DNA from: Candidatus Omnitrophota bacterium | Lineage (GTDB): Bacteria; Omnitrophota; Gorgyraeia; Zapsychrales; Zapsychraceae | DNA length: 64,000 nucleotides | Direction: 5' to 3' | Assembly (NCBI GenBank): GCA_029261055.1 | Contig: JAJDCA010000075.1 | Coordinates: 77,573 to 141,572, forward strand | Shown: positions 27,001 to 42,000 of the stretch, piece by piece | Layout: each line of letters begins with the position of its first letter | How positions within the stretch are numbered: position 1 is the stretch's first letter | The notes under the pieces: generated by a model | Databases searched by the model: none | What the model saw: the letters and a program-made list of their open reading frames with translations, nothing else | Told to the model about the DNA's origin: nothing | Translations under genes and position numbers: made by a program

Positions 27001-30000
27001 CACAACGTCCGCCTAAAGATAGTCATGGGCAGGTGTATGGGGATAGGGTTATGCTTTCTACGAATTGGCGCTCGCATCCATTTTTGGCCTCATTAATTTC
27101 TGATTGGAGCTACGATGGGGAGCTGATACCTAACGGATATGTAGATTTTGATAGAGATACATTCCGGATTATCAATATTTCTGATAAAGGCGTTGTAGCT
27201 GGAGCTATGCCTGAAGATGGTTATGAAGAAGCGGTGGGAACCTCTTTTAAAAATACTACTTCCGCGAATGAAGTTACGAAGGTTGTAAGACAACTCAAGG
27301 GAAAGGGCGTGAAGGCGCGGGGTATTACCAACATTACAGGTTATGCCGCACAGGTTGCATTGCTTAAAGAAATATTAGAAGGTATTGAGACTTCATCGAT
27401 TGATAATTTTCAGGGTCGGGAAAGTGATGCAACCATCATTGACCCTGTCCGGAGTAACCGTTTTAATGATATAGGGTTTATTAGCGACCTTAAGAGATTG
27501 TTGGTCGCTATGTCACGAGCTAATAATTATTTGGTCTTTGTTGGGGATATGAACACGATGTTAGGTGAACTTGATAAGCAGAAGCGCCCACATGATAAAA
27601 ATCGACTTAAAGAAATTGAAGATGCTAAAAGTCTCATGCAAATCATGTTTAATGATTATCTGGATAAATCCAGTATTTTCTTTGACGGGCCTCCACTTAT
27701 AGTTACTTGGTCTCCCCATGTTCAAAGTCTTTCGATGGATATGCCTTCAGCCAATCTCAAGCTGGCACGGATTGCCGATGGAATGGAAGCTTCTGTAAGA
27801 CCGTGGGTGCGATGGCTGGGTAAAATGCTTAAATTTTTCTTAAAATATATATTGGTTATCTTAACCCATGAGCTTGCACATTATTTGGGGGCGATGTTGT
27901 GGAAGCAGAAACCACGTGCTACTTGGGAGGAATTGAGTACAGTTGGTCGTACGCATGACGTTGACGGTGCCCCGCGTTTATTCGGCGCTATTGCCAATCT
28001 TATCATTGGTTTGAGCCTTGTGAAAATAGCCTTACTTTTTGGTTTTACTTTCCTTCCCTACGCAATTCTTGCGGGACTGGCTGCATTCATTGCCGCTTTT
28101 TATCTTTTCGCTGCGGTGATTGATATCATGCATCCACGCGGAGATTTTGCGCAATATGTGCAAGATCTGAGGGAACCGGTTAAAGATTTTTTTCATAACC
28201 TCAACTCCAGATTTGTTAAAACATTAGCTGTTTTTATTTTTATTATGGGGATTATCCACATTCTGCAGCCATGGGGTCTTGGGGTGCACATTGCTAATAT
28301 TGGTTTTGGGGTGTGGGGGGTTGGAAAATTAAACAATGCTAGTGTGGGTGTGAATATTGACCCAAATGGTCAGCGCATGGGGCGTCAGGCTTTTCCTGGG
28401 TTGATGGTGTCGATATCCGTTATGGACGCCGGGGCTGAGATGCGTGTCGAGGATAATCAGGGGAATGAAGTTGTCAGTTATAGTGGTTCGATTAAGACGA
28501 TCATCGACGTGTTACCGTATTTACAGTCGCGGGGTGTAAGCGCGATATACCTATACGGCGGTATTTATACCCCAAGTGAAATTTCGAAAGTTCTGCATCC
28601 AAAACGACGTTTTGAAGAAGAGCTGGTTAAGACAGAGAGAAAAGGCACCTACGTGGTCACAAACTATCCTGATAACAATACGAAGCAAATAGGGAATAAA
28701 AAATTTGCGGATGTTAATGGAATGCCTTTTTCTATGATGGGTATGACTGAAGATATTGCGGATCCGGAGAGTCTTTTAAAAATTAATCCTCAGCTTTCGG
28801 ATGGCAATGCCAGGGAAGATATTTTTGAATTGATACAAATAGCTAAGAAGTTAGGGTTAGAGGTTTATGCTGATTTAATTCCGTGGCTTGCGCCGGACGC
28901 GATCACGGCAGACAATTATCATTTGTTTTTGCATAAAGAGGTGGGGAATGATGAAGAGGAGACAAGGAGGATTAATGAAGAATTTAGTAATCTTCCTAAT
29001 GAAGAAGCCGAAGATAAATATCTTTTTAAATTTCTTAAATCTAAAAATGAAAGTTACGAATTTTATTTTGCCAAATGGATTCCCGAAAAAAATAATGAAA
29101 GAATTGTTCTTTTCCCTCGAGCAGATATTAATCTTCCTAGTGCCGATCAGGTGATATTAAATATGTGGCTGCCGGAAGTGCAGGCGTATTTAACCAACGC
29201 GGCCGTGCAGTGGTCCAAGGCCGGCGTGACAGGTTTACGGGTTGATCTGGCGGCTAAATTATTAAATAATAAATTAAAACGCCCAGAATATTCGAATCTT
29301 GTTACAGCGGAACAGAAGGAAAAAATTGAGAAATTTTACAAAAAAAGTTGGCAAGAATTTATGGAGTCTGACGATCCTGAAGATGAACCTTTATATCGCG
29401 TTATTCAAGATACGAAAAAAAAGATTGGAAATGAAAAACAAATGGCCTGGCTGATGGAGGCCTATGAACGAGGATATGATAATGCGGATATGTATACACG
29501 GTTATTAGATATGGATCCTTCTGTCAAAATGTATTTCGAATGGGTTAAGTTGGCTTATGAGGATGATGATGCGGGAGAAATGTCCAAGAAAATTTATAAT
29601 ACTATCTTTAAAAAGGAATACCGTGGACGGGTTGTGGTTTATGGGGCAAATTTTGATGAAGAGTCTCTTGTGAATATGATGGGTTCCCGGGAAGGATTAT
29701 TGATGATTTTGATTACTTTGGCTTATTTAGACGTCGGAGTCATGATTGACGTACGTGAGTGGATGGGGCATTCTGGGCAGATGATTAAAATCTCAGGTCC
29801 GAATCATCCATTTTTGAATGCGGAAGAATTGGAAGTTCGTTTAGAACCTAAGGGGTATGAAAAGGCATTAAGGCAAGGCCCGGTTGATCAGCTGATTAGA
29901 GACTTTCTTGAAGCCGTTCCTCAAGGGGATGTATCTGTAATTAGCGTAAAAAGTTCGAATAAGTCAGACAAGGATCACAAAAATAAACTTCTTAAGATTT

Positions 30001-33000
30001 CTTTTAATACGAAGTATGGAGAAACACGTATAAGTGTTATGTTAAATTTTAGTCCTCAAAGGACACCGTTTAATGAACAAAAGTTTATGCGGGGGCTTTA
30101 TCCTGAGGAGGCAAATCAGGATAACAAGAAAAAAGTAAAAATTGAACGGGGAGCATCCGTAACGATGTTTGGAAAACTTTGGAAAAATTGGCGATGGGCT
30201 AAAGAAGATCAATTTTATTTGATTGAAAATGAATGGGGATTTTATTTAGATAAAAACAGGCAGATTGAAGATTCAGAGAAGCTGAGGAAGGTTGGTTTAA
30301 AAATAAAGGTAACCAAGGATTCTTCAAACGAGGAATTATATCCACTGGAACCACGAAATTTGAAAGTCGCGTTAGGGAGGGATGCATCTGGTATTGAACC
30401 GGATAAAGTTGAAATGCTTTTTAAACAAGCACAGGAAGGTGGGGAGGAAGTAGAGCACGGAATAACAGTATCCACCCCATTATATCATTCTAAAAAAGAC
30501 AGCAGCGAGGAATTGATTGTCTATAATGGCATGACTTCCTTTCTAATGCCCGGGTATTATGCCGCTTATATATTGATTACAGTGGGCGGAACAACTTATT
30601 CTGTAAAAGAAACAGTTATATCTGTCAGCGCACCTAAAAAGGATGAACCATGGACGCATGGCCCGGTAATAACAGCCTTAAATGAGTCTGCTCAAAAAGA
30701 GGGTGGGGTGGTGTTTTCCGGTAATGGGAGCTCAGCGGTGGATGTCAAATTTCTTGAGAGTAGAGGCATTGGCGCGGTGTTGAATATTTCTAATGAATTT
30801 GATTATGTTTATTCTGTGGAAAGCGGCATAACGTATGAAAAAATAGTTCTGCCTGAGGAAAATGATAAAGAATTTCCGATGGATAAACTGCAAGAGGCGA
30901 TGGATTGGATTAGTCAGCATATTACAGAAACCAATGTTCTTGTCGTTAACCGTAAGGGCCTAAATTCTGTCGATACCGTAACGTTTGCTTATTTGTATAA
31001 GTTTGATTCCCGAAAAAGAAGTATTTGGGAGGTGGCGGAAGATATTAAACAGAAAAAAGCCGAGGCTTTCCCTCATTTGCAATTAGCGGAAAAGGCAAGT
31101 GAATTGCGGGATGCCCCGGAGATGACACAAAAGATGGTTGTCGATAAAAAAGTTAAGGAAATTGAGATAGTTGGTTTATCTGTGGATGGAACCAATTATT
31201 CTGTTGAGGAATTTCCAAACGAAATTCAAATAGGAAGTAAGATTGAAATTACAGCCGGTATTAAAGCAGAGGAAGGAGTCAAAGATCTTTTTGTTACTGT
31301 ACGGACAAATAGTGAGACAGGGTTTCCTTACAATGATATTAAAATGAAGAGCAGGGGAGTTAATACTACGAAACCAGAGCAAGGAAATATTTTCTATGCT
31401 GATTTTACGGTGAATCATCCGGGAAGCATATGGTTTACACTCTCCGCAGCCCCGTATGGTCCTGGAATTTTGCATGATTTTAAACGTAAGTGGATGGGGA
31501 AGAATATTGAATTTGAGGCGAACAATCAAAATATTTCTTGGGGGATGACGGAGGCGGATGATATGGCTGTGATTGAGGCGGCAATTCTTGATGATAATGA
31601 AGCCATAAAACCAGCTGATGAAAAGGTGACAGAGGCCTTTAATGTGGTGAAGAAGTCTTTACAGGATAATGGTCAGGGCGATTTAATAAAATTTATTGAA
31701 ATTAATAATTTTCGATTTGTTCACGTAAGCCATAAGAATAAGAGCAATCCACGTTCGCCACCGTATTATCTGTGGCATGATTCCCCGCAGAAATTTCTCC
31801 TCGCCCGAGCTATAAAATATCAAGAACAAAAATACTTCTTTGTTTCCTACGACTTCATTCTTCTTCTGATGGAACACAATAAAATTGACCTTCTTACCCA
31901 AATTCTTCTTAATGGGGGGCGCCACATACAAGGCGATCCTTTTTTAAAGAATGAAAATGTTTTAGATGGGCTCATGATTGTCGATCAATGGGCGAGGTTG
32001 GAAGCGATATTAGCTCAACCAGGACAACAACACAGCATTCCCCCCATTCAATCTTGGGACTGGGAAAGAGACGCCTCCAGAGAATTTAAGCTTCTGGAAG
32101 GTCAAGGGATTATTATTCGTAATAAAAAAGAATTTAAAGTGATTCTGTATGAAAAAGCGGCAGATCAAGATCATGATCCTATCTCTTCCATGAAATTTAA
32201 AGGTAAGGGGCATAAGTCAAATATTGTGATTCTGCAAGGGCTTAAACCGGGACAATATGTTTTGAAGTTTCAGTTTGAATCCGGCATGGAAGAACATGTT
32301 TATAATATTAAGGTTTTATCTGAGCAGCTTGGCGAGGCAATGTTAGGGGAACAGTTGGAAATATTCAAAGAAGGCGTGCAAAGAATTTTTGATAATGAGG
32401 GAAAGCCTGTTCTTATTTTAGATCTCGAAGATAATTTAACCGATGGGCGTGATGGCGATATTATTCCGGGGATAATAGAGATTCTTACGAAGATTTCAAA
32501 AATGGGAGGCGTATTATTTGGATTGAATACAGGGGCTGTTTGGGCCAGTGATAAAGATTATAAAGGTGTCGAGGAACGGGTGATACATAAGATACGGGAT
32601 CAATTTCATTTTGAATTTCTGATTTTAGATGAAGGGCAGGAAATTCGTGTTTGGGATGCCGAAGAGAAAGAATATAAAAAAATAGCCCTTCCGAAGAATA
32701 CTAAAGGGAAAGGTGTAGGGATTCAAGAGCTCATTAAATATTCTGAAAACCTACGTATTGAAAATGGTGTCTATATTGCGGATTTTCCGGATAATGAAGA
32801 TCGCAAGCAGCCCGCCATTGATGATTCTACCCTCGTTGAGCGATTAGGTGTTATTGTCTCCTCAGGACGCCTACGCGAAGATCTTAAAGTAAAATATCCA
32901 AACACCACAACCTTCATTCAATCCGCCCTGGGTGGTGTTTATGGCCCGGAAGTGACTCTTAGGTTTTTGCAAAGTTTTCTGGATGTTGTTGAGGCTGCAA

Positions 33001-36000
33001 ATAAGTCTGGAGAAATAGCGAAAAAAGGAAAAGGTAAATTTAATGTAATAATGTTCATGCTTGGAATAGGACTATTTATTGCGAACGCCCTGGTGAATTT
33101 GGTGGGAGATGTGGGTATGCCTACGGTTGAGGCCGCGACCATTGATGTTACTGGTCTGCATAACATTGATACGTTGGTATCGCAGAGTACGTCAGTGATG
33201 GCTACCGGTCTGAGCGCGGCGTTTGGGGTGAAGGAAGTTGGTTATATTCTTGGAGAAAGTTTACTATGGACGATGTATGCTGTAACATTTTTAGGTTTTA
33301 TCCTAAAACCTCTAATATGGTTTTCATATCAGATTTATGCGTCTATAAAAAGAAATTTTGTATCGATTTTTTTGTGGTTTGTGTTGTTCTTTGGGTTGAG
33401 TCAATTTGTGTTTGTTCTTCCAGAGGAAGGTATTGAATTTTGGAGATGGGCCCTTTGGGGCGGTGTGGGTGCTGCGCTGTTGGGATTTTTTTGGAATCAA
33501 GTATCCCCTTCGAATTTGGTTCAAACTATGGATGCCGTTTATAAAAAAAATATTCGTTCGGCGATTCGTCGGGCAAGGAAGCTTGGAAAGGATGTTGGGA
33601 TTGTGGTTACCGGTACGGGGGGGAGTGGCAAAACGAGAGAGAAGGATGTCCTAATGCAGCTTATTGAAAAAGAATCTGGCAATGCCCCGCTGGAAATTTC
33701 TTACGATGGGATTATGCTTGAAGAAGCGCCTGATGAGGACATAAAAAAGGCTGAGGATTTGTGGAAGAGTTTCTGGCAGGCTGTCATAGATAATCCGGAA
33801 GCTCAAAATAATTCGACAATTATTAAGACATTGCGTAAGCTGTTTGATGATTTTAATGCAGACCTTATGCAGCGAGGGTTTCGCTCATTTGATCTTCATT
33901 CGCCCAATTCATTTAATGGTGGCAAGCTTAAAGTACGGCAGGGGATGACTATGAAGTTTCAGGCGGATCGATATTTACGGCTTTGGAAGGCTTTGAGTGC
34001 GGGGGGGGATGTGACACCAGATAATTTTGAGCATTTATTGTATCCGGTATTCGATGACAATTCGCGGGGGCGTCTGCGTATCCGTTGGAAGGTGCGTGAT
34101 GGGAACGGGGCGTTTGAAATCGTTTTTCGTGCGCGGGATAACTTGCACGCGCGTATTGTGAAGGGCACAACCTCGGGCACGCCATCGCAATTGGAATCAG
34201 GGTATCAGTTGAAATTTTATATTGGCGATAAACTCTTGGACAATGAAGATGTTCCCCACGAAACGTCTGTTAAAGCTTTTGGGCTTAAAATTCTTGAGAC
34301 GGCTAATGCGCCTCCAGGGCAGATTGATTTTCAGTTAGCCCATAATATCATCCATCTGCAAGAGCCCACCCATACAAGCCTCCCCCAATATTATTATGAT
34401 GATTTATCTGCCAAAGAATTTCATCTGAGCGTTGAGGAAAATACGTTGCAGGAATTACGTATTTTTTACAATTCGAGTCCTCAAAAAAATAATCAGCCAC
34501 GTGTGTATATAGCTGAAGGTGTTGGCTCACATTTACCGTTTATGGCGACACATATTTTTAAAGAAGTGTTATTACGCGACGGGCATTCTACCGAATTTGT
34601 TAATAATATTTTGTCGGACAACGTTGTTCTTGAAGGGATACTTGTTTTGGTGGATATGGATCAGTATCCACGTTATTACAGATTAGTTCAACGAACGGAA
34701 TATCAGAAAGGGTATACAAAAGGGTCAGATGAATATATTAATGACCGTATTCAAATGGGGATAAGAGAAGATCCTGTGATTAATGCTGTTCGAGAAGCAG
34801 TAGATTTGCTGGTAGTGACAGGTCAGCGTTTGGCAGAGTACCTGTTAGGCCTTTACTATTCCGGCATATTGTCCCGCCCTCGTTTACAAAATAAACATCA
34901 AAAGAAAATACTCAAACAATTAAAACGATTGCCCTTGAGTGATTTGAAGGATATTTTTGCATCTAGTCACGATGCTGGGCATATGCGTTCACCATGGAAT
35001 CCGAACGACCTTCCGCGGAGTATCCGTGACCGTTTGACGACCATCAGTCAGCAAACAATTCTTAAAATTATAAAACAGAATGGGAACAGGTTAAACCATT
35101 TAAAGACGGTGGGGGAAATTACCGCCCTTACGCTTCATGGGTTGGTGATTAAATTTGATAATACATTCTGGAAATTTGATAAGGGCCTTATGGTCCATGC
35201 GTTTAGTCATTCACGAGTCAATTTTTATAATGAAGAGGTTAAAGAACGGCTTGGCGAAAGGATGGTGCCTGGACGAGTAATGGATTTGTCTTCTCTGGGA
35301 CCAATTACATATTTTGATTCCGAAGGATATGAACATCAAATTCATCTGGGGACAGTGCTGGTTCAGCAAATGGAACGGCCTTTGGATGATCGGCTTGCGG
35401 AGCTTATTAAAATGGAAGAACGTGCCCGTCTTTTTGGTCAGAATGCTTTGGCTGATCTTTATCGACGAGATGCTAAGGAAGTAATTATTCGATGGGTGAC
35501 GACATTAGGTGAAATGGCGGCATTGGGTTTCGAAGATAAGTCTCCTAAAACCAGCCGCTATGCGGTTATGTTTGTTCATGATTTGCTGGAAGGGTTGCGT
35601 GAAAATGTGGTGAGTTTGGGAATCAGTAGCCTTGAAAAAGTGACCGATAGACGGGCCGATCCTTTCTGGTTTATGAATGATTTGTCTTCATACAATGAAG
35701 TCCTAAATTCTATCCCTGAGCCGTTACGGAATGATTTTTTACAGGCTGTAGAAGATTATCAGCACAATAAGGCCCTTAAAATTTTTCCTAGGCGTATCCC
35801 GGCTCCATTTAATGGCAAAATTCTTTTAGAGCAGATGGCCTTTTTGAATGGTATTGATTTTCGTTTAAAACTTTATGCTTTGTCTAAAATATTTAAAAAG
35901 GAATACCGTGGTCTGGCGTCGATTCTTGGGGATAAAGTTAAGGTAAAGAAATTTATTGGGAGCATAACGATGCCCAATACTGCCGTTGAAGTCGCCATTG

Positions 36001-39000
36001 AATGGATTCTGACACGGTTATCAACTATGGATGATTCTGATGAGGGTGACATGGCTGCACGTATCGCACGCAATGGAGGTATCAACGGATTAAGAAGCAA
36101 CCTTTTGAGGCAATTAGGAATCCGATATTCTGTTTTAAGAAAAGAAAGCAGCAAAGACCGTCAGGAACTCGAAGCATTCTTTTGGTCGTTAGAGTATCGG
36201 ATTTGGGAAAGGAAAAAAACTTTTTTTGAAGGAAAGAATTCGGGGATGTTATCGAATGAAGTCTTTAAGGCGATCAAAAGAGGCGGAATTGAAGTTGATA
36301 AGAGGTTCGAAGATGACGAGTCGAATTTTCAGGATGCTCCAAAGCCAACTTCTATCCATTTAGGCTCGACCCGGCGTGACGGAAAAACAGATCCGGCAAA
36401 GATTAAAGCGGATGTGGCCGAAGATTCCAGAGAGATACAATTAGAAAAATATAATATTACATTCAAGGTTGATCAGCGGTTAATTAATGAATTGAAAAAG
36501 AAAATGAAGAATGTCAATGAGGATGAAGAAGTTGTTAAAAGGTTACAAGATTGGTTTTCCGAAGGCTTGGATGAGTTGGGGGCACTTAAGGATAACGATA
36601 GAGATGAATTAATAAAGGCTTTGGAGAATAAAGATGTTTTTATTGCACTTTTGGATGCCTCTGTAGCGACATTGGTAAGCATTTCTAATTTGATCGGTAT
36701 TAATTTTGATGTTCTTCAGCTACAAGAGGAGTTTTTAAAGACAAAGCTACAGGTGGGGGTAGTTCATGAGCTTCGACATGTGGCTGGGTTTAAGATGAGG
36801 GAAATAAATCTTGTCACGTGGGATGTTAATTTAACCATGGCATTACGGAAGAATGATGTATCGTCCCTTGTTGCTTTTGCTAAAAATTTACAGCAAATTG
36901 TTTATGCGCGTCAAATAGGATATTTGCATACATTAGCTGTTAAGGTCGATAAATTATATTTTGATTTGGAAATGACGGGCATATTTGAGGATTTTCCGGG
37001 AATATCTAAAACAGAAAAGAATCAAATAAGGTTTGCGTATTATGTTCTTTATGGTTCGAGTAGTCCTCTTTTAGCATTTATCCGTATGCCACACATGGTG
37101 AAGAGGCAGCCGCTAAATGTCATTTTCAAGGTAAAAGAAATTGGGCACATACAGGTGATACCAGGAAAAAATCCAGCATTTCAGGACGTTGAATGGATGG
37201 AACTCCTGGATAATTTAAGTATTGTTTTACGCAATCCATTAAATGGAGAAGAGCTTGTTGTAAAAATACAAGACCAGGTTGAAGATAATGTTTTAGTAGT
37301 CGTCAGAGAACCTCAAGGGCAACTTGATAAAGGACGGGTTTATCGTTTAGAAAAAGTTGGACAAAGTTTTATGTTGTTTGATGATTCAGATAAGAAAGGG
37401 GCTAAAAGTAGGATAAAGTTGCTTTTTGATACAAATAAAATACGTGTTTTAAATTTATCAGAGTTTGCCGAAAAGTTTGCGCAAGAAAATCCTGACATGG
37501 ATCATTTTATTCGTAAATTTAAATCCGTGATGATTATTTTAGGTATTTTAATCAGCCTGGTTGCTCTTTTTGCTGTGGTGGATCCAAGTGCAGGTTGGGC
37601 TTTGGGGGTTGGTGAGGTTGAGGGGGGTAAAGAGTTTGATGTGTTTACTAAAAGGATTCAGGCGTTCAGCCTATGGAGCTGGAGCCCATCGCTTTGGATG
37701 CTGATAAGCGTCGTGGGGCTGGGCAGTATTTGGAATAATTTTAACATTCAAGATCAACAGAATCAAAAGGATAAAACATCAGGGAATCTTCCAGAGGATA
37801 CCCTGCAGGGCATAGAATCTACCGCCGCGGCGATTACTTACACCCAGGATAAGACCAAGGTTTCTAGGGATGTGGATGATTATATGCAAGAGGAAAATAT
37901 AAAAGAGGAAGAGGTTAAAGTTTTTCTAGGTGAAACTTCAGATACAGACGTGACTCAATATAGGAATGCAGGCCAGATGCGCGGGGCCATAACCCAGAGC
38001 AAGGGTATTCAATTTATGGTAATGAATGATATTCCAAAAGACCAGAATATTCCGGAGATTAACGTGTCTCTGCCAATGCAGGAAAGAGTTCATCACAATG
38101 ATAAACCATCCGCGGGGATCTTGGGGGAGAGCCTTAAAAATGTTCTTGCCGTTGAGGCGTTCAAGGGATTGTCTAATGATGACCCCTACTTTATTATGCC
38201 TGCCGCGCATATTGTTTCTAAAGATGTGCAGGGACAAATACAAACGTACCTCTTGGCGGTGTTTCCGCATATGCGCGTCATCTTTCTGCAAAAAGATCTT
38301 TTGGAAGCCGTTAAAAAACTGAATGATAATCCTGAATTCAAGGAGGTTAATTTAGGCAGTGCTTTCCTCGAGATTCTATTAAGGCATGGGTTCCGCCGTA
38401 TCCTGCACCATAACCAAAATAAAGAAGTGAATGAAAAAGAATTTATAGCCTTGGATATGTATCATTTCATTAGCTTTGTTCAGATGCAGGTAAGGCAAGT
38501 TATATCTCAGAACTCCGTTGATGCCCTTCAAATTGTTGCTAAAGCCCTTTTTGATGAGGGAGTTATCAGGGAGGAATTTTATGATCAATTAACCCAAGTT
38601 CAGACATTTATTCTTCAAGATCAAGACGGCCAGTTCAAGGAAGATCATTTGGATGGGCTACCGGATGGCTTTCTTAAATTTAAAGGAGGCACTTTTCATG
38701 GACACTTGCTTGGTGCAGGTCATTTCACCGTTGTCGAAGGATACGAACATCGTTTTAGTAGATATGCTTTTTACCCTTATTCTTTTGATGTAGGCGAGGA
38801 AGAAATAACAGAGGTGCGCATTTATAATGCCTTGGGAAAGGAAGTGCAGAAAATTTCAGAATTCTCTAAGAAAAAATATGAGGCAAATCCTTTAGTTAAA
38901 ATAAATGGAGCTATTTCTAAAAAGAAACTTCTTAAAAAATCTGATTCCGTGATGGTCTTTTTAGATGATGCAGGGGAGAACCCCTTGGATGAGGCAGCAA

Positions 39001-42000
39001 GCAATGAAAATATTACGGGTTTAAGCGGCGGGAAGATAGTGTTTGAGAAAATTTCTATTAAAGAAAAAAGAGGCAATCTCATAGATGTCTTTATTCCTGT
39101 TCAGGTAAGTAATCAGCAGGAAAAGTTGAAAGCGATTGTTCGATTAGCCGTCGCACAGGAATTAGATAATACGGCTCCCTACTATATTGTTCCGGCCACG
39201 CATATTTTTTCTCGAGACTCCAATGGTAGAATTCATAACCATCCTTATGTCGTGCATTCTAAGGGAAAACGTATCTTAATTCACAAAGGATTTTTTGATG
39301 ATAAGGGGCAAAGTATGGCGGCTGAACTTAATCAAATTTTTCGTATTCCCATGGATAAGAATAAAAATAGAGTGGGAGATAATAGATTTAAAGGGCCGAT
39401 TAAGGGATTGGGGGATGCCCTTCTTTATATCACCTTACGCCAAGGATTTAAAGAGGTTCAGCATTTTCCAATTTCGAAAGAACAACGTGAGGCCGAGGTT
39501 GTTTACCAGCTCATAAGTCTTGTAGGGATTTTTCATGATGACACTATTGTCGCAAAGGTGGGCCAGCACCTTCAGGAAAAGAAAATTATTGCGGATAGGT
39601 TTTACAAAAGGCTTCAGACGGTAAAAAAGATCATTCTTTATTTTCTAGAGAGAAAATTTGTACGTCATTACCAAAAAGGAATTTTCAAAGAAATTTTTCA
39701 GAAGTTTGACAAGGCTACCTTCGCGACTCATTTAGCCAAGAATGGGAGCTTTGATGTGGGAGGAGAACATTGGTTGCGAAGAACACAATACGCTTTGTAT
39801 CCCATTGAATTTGACGTAGAAAACGGCAATGTTACCCGGGTACGGATCCTTGATGAACTCGGAGGCGTTATTGAAGAAATTGTATTTTATCGCCAAGAAG
39901 ATGAGCAAGGGACATTGTTAAATACCTATAGTTATGGGAGCCTTGATGAAAATAAAATAAACACCTTTGATAAGGTGTGGATAAAGCATGAGGACTTGAG
40001 ATTGGAAGAAGACAGTGTTTTTAGATTTATCTCTGTAGACCCTTTAGGAAAATTTAAATATTTTGAGCCGGGAAGCCGGGTCGAGCCTTATTTTGAAAAG
40101 GGAAGAATTACCAAGATTAAGATATTTAAAACGGGGAAGGTTGAAGAGAACACAGAGGGGACATTATTTGAACTTTATGACATCTATAACAAGGATGCAG
40201 TCTTCATTCGTTCTGTTTTTGTTGATACTTCTTCTGACCTCCCTCTGCAGGAATTAGCCGGTGAAGATGTGAATGAGGGGAAAGCCATAAGTTATAATTT
40301 TAAACATCAATGGGGTATTGCAAATGATCAACTTCTTACCTTCAGGGGGATAGGAGGCTGTTGTATGACAGATAAACTTCTTTCTCAAGAAGAGATAGCC
40401 CAAAAGAGCGATATGTATGCTCTTCAATCTCCTACGGTGAAAATGAAAGATTTAGAAAGAGATCTTCAGACCAGAAAAACCCTCTTAACCCAACTCAATG
40501 AGGCGTCTGAAAAAATATATTTTTCATTTGAGCAGGTACCTCAAGGCAATACAGGCGTTGTGAAATTAAGATTAAGCACCCTGTTCTCTTTACAAAAGAA
40601 TTTTGATTTTAAACAGATCGGCCAATTTATCTTTATTTTAGATGGTACAAAATATCATTATGAAGTGAGTGATATTTTGGATGAAGCTGAGTGGATAGTG
40701 CAATTGAGAAATCGCAACGGTTCCACGGAAGGCTTGCCTGAACAGGGCGCTTTTACAACAGCAGATATTTCAGGGCATAGGATAAAAGAAGAGTTAGCGC
40801 GCATTGAGCAAATAATAAAAGAGGTAAATATCAAGGAAGGCAGGGATGTAGACGAGGATGCAATACCATCAACACCGTATACGCGTCTTTTAGGATTAAC
40901 CCCGGATACTTCAGCGGAGAATGCCACGGAAATTATTCTTCTGAAGCAGGGGGAGGAACTTCAAAGGAAAATGGTTATAGGGGCTATCATTCAGCAGGCC
41001 GTTGCCGATGAGAAAAATGTTCTTTTGGTATCACGGAAATATCCGGATGTTGATCAGATTCTGGTTGTGATTTTAAATCAAGATCCGCATTTTCCTGTCC
41101 TTCGACTTGGGGCCAAACAATCAGGTTTTGATATGGAATTTCTCAAGAATTATGCTGCTAAGGTCTGGATAGGGGACCATGTGAAGGAAAATCTTGGTGT
41201 AGACGATGTACGCGAGAGTCCTGCGAAGAGTTTATTTCTCAGTAAGATAAAAAAAACCAAAAAAGGTTCTTTAATTGCTGCAAACAATGAGGGGATTGTT
41301 TCGGATACAAAATTCTTGACCCAAGGCACAGGCGAACAGCCCTTTGATATCATTATTATTGATCGGGCAGGCCAGGAGACCGTCACGGAGGCATGGGTGC
41401 CCATACAGTTTTTAAAGAACAACGGCAAAATGATTTTTGTTGATATGCAAAGTGCTTGGGAGCCATTTGGACTGAATAAGGCTCAGAAAAAGTATCTTCT
41501 TTTCCATGGCACGCAACAAAAAGATATCGACATTTTTAATAAAAGTTTTCTTCAGTGGCTGTTGGATTATGGGTATAAGAAACGTGAAAAAAATCTGGCA
41601 GATGATTCCCCTGATGTGTCAAAGGATACCGGTCTTATGCCTGACGGCAGCGGAAAATGGAGTAAAACTCTGCCGAATATATTAGGTATTGTAATCGGGT
41701 TGACCGCATTTTTTTCTGTTATGGATCCAAATGTTGGTTGGACGTTAGGATTGGAGGGCGTTGAGAATCTTAAAGGGTTTGATGTTGTGTCCTGGATTGT
41801 CACTTTGGGTATTGGTCTTGGGGTGTTGGCGGTTGGTATCACGGGCGGCGGGGCATGGTGGAAGAATTTGCCTGCAAGAGTGTTTTTTGTTTTTGCGTTG
41901 CCTCTGAAAGAGATAAGTCGTTTGGTTTTTGCTCTGATTCTGGGAGTTCCTCTGGGTAAGGGGGCGTGGAAACCCTGGCGATTATTGAGCGCGGTTCGGG

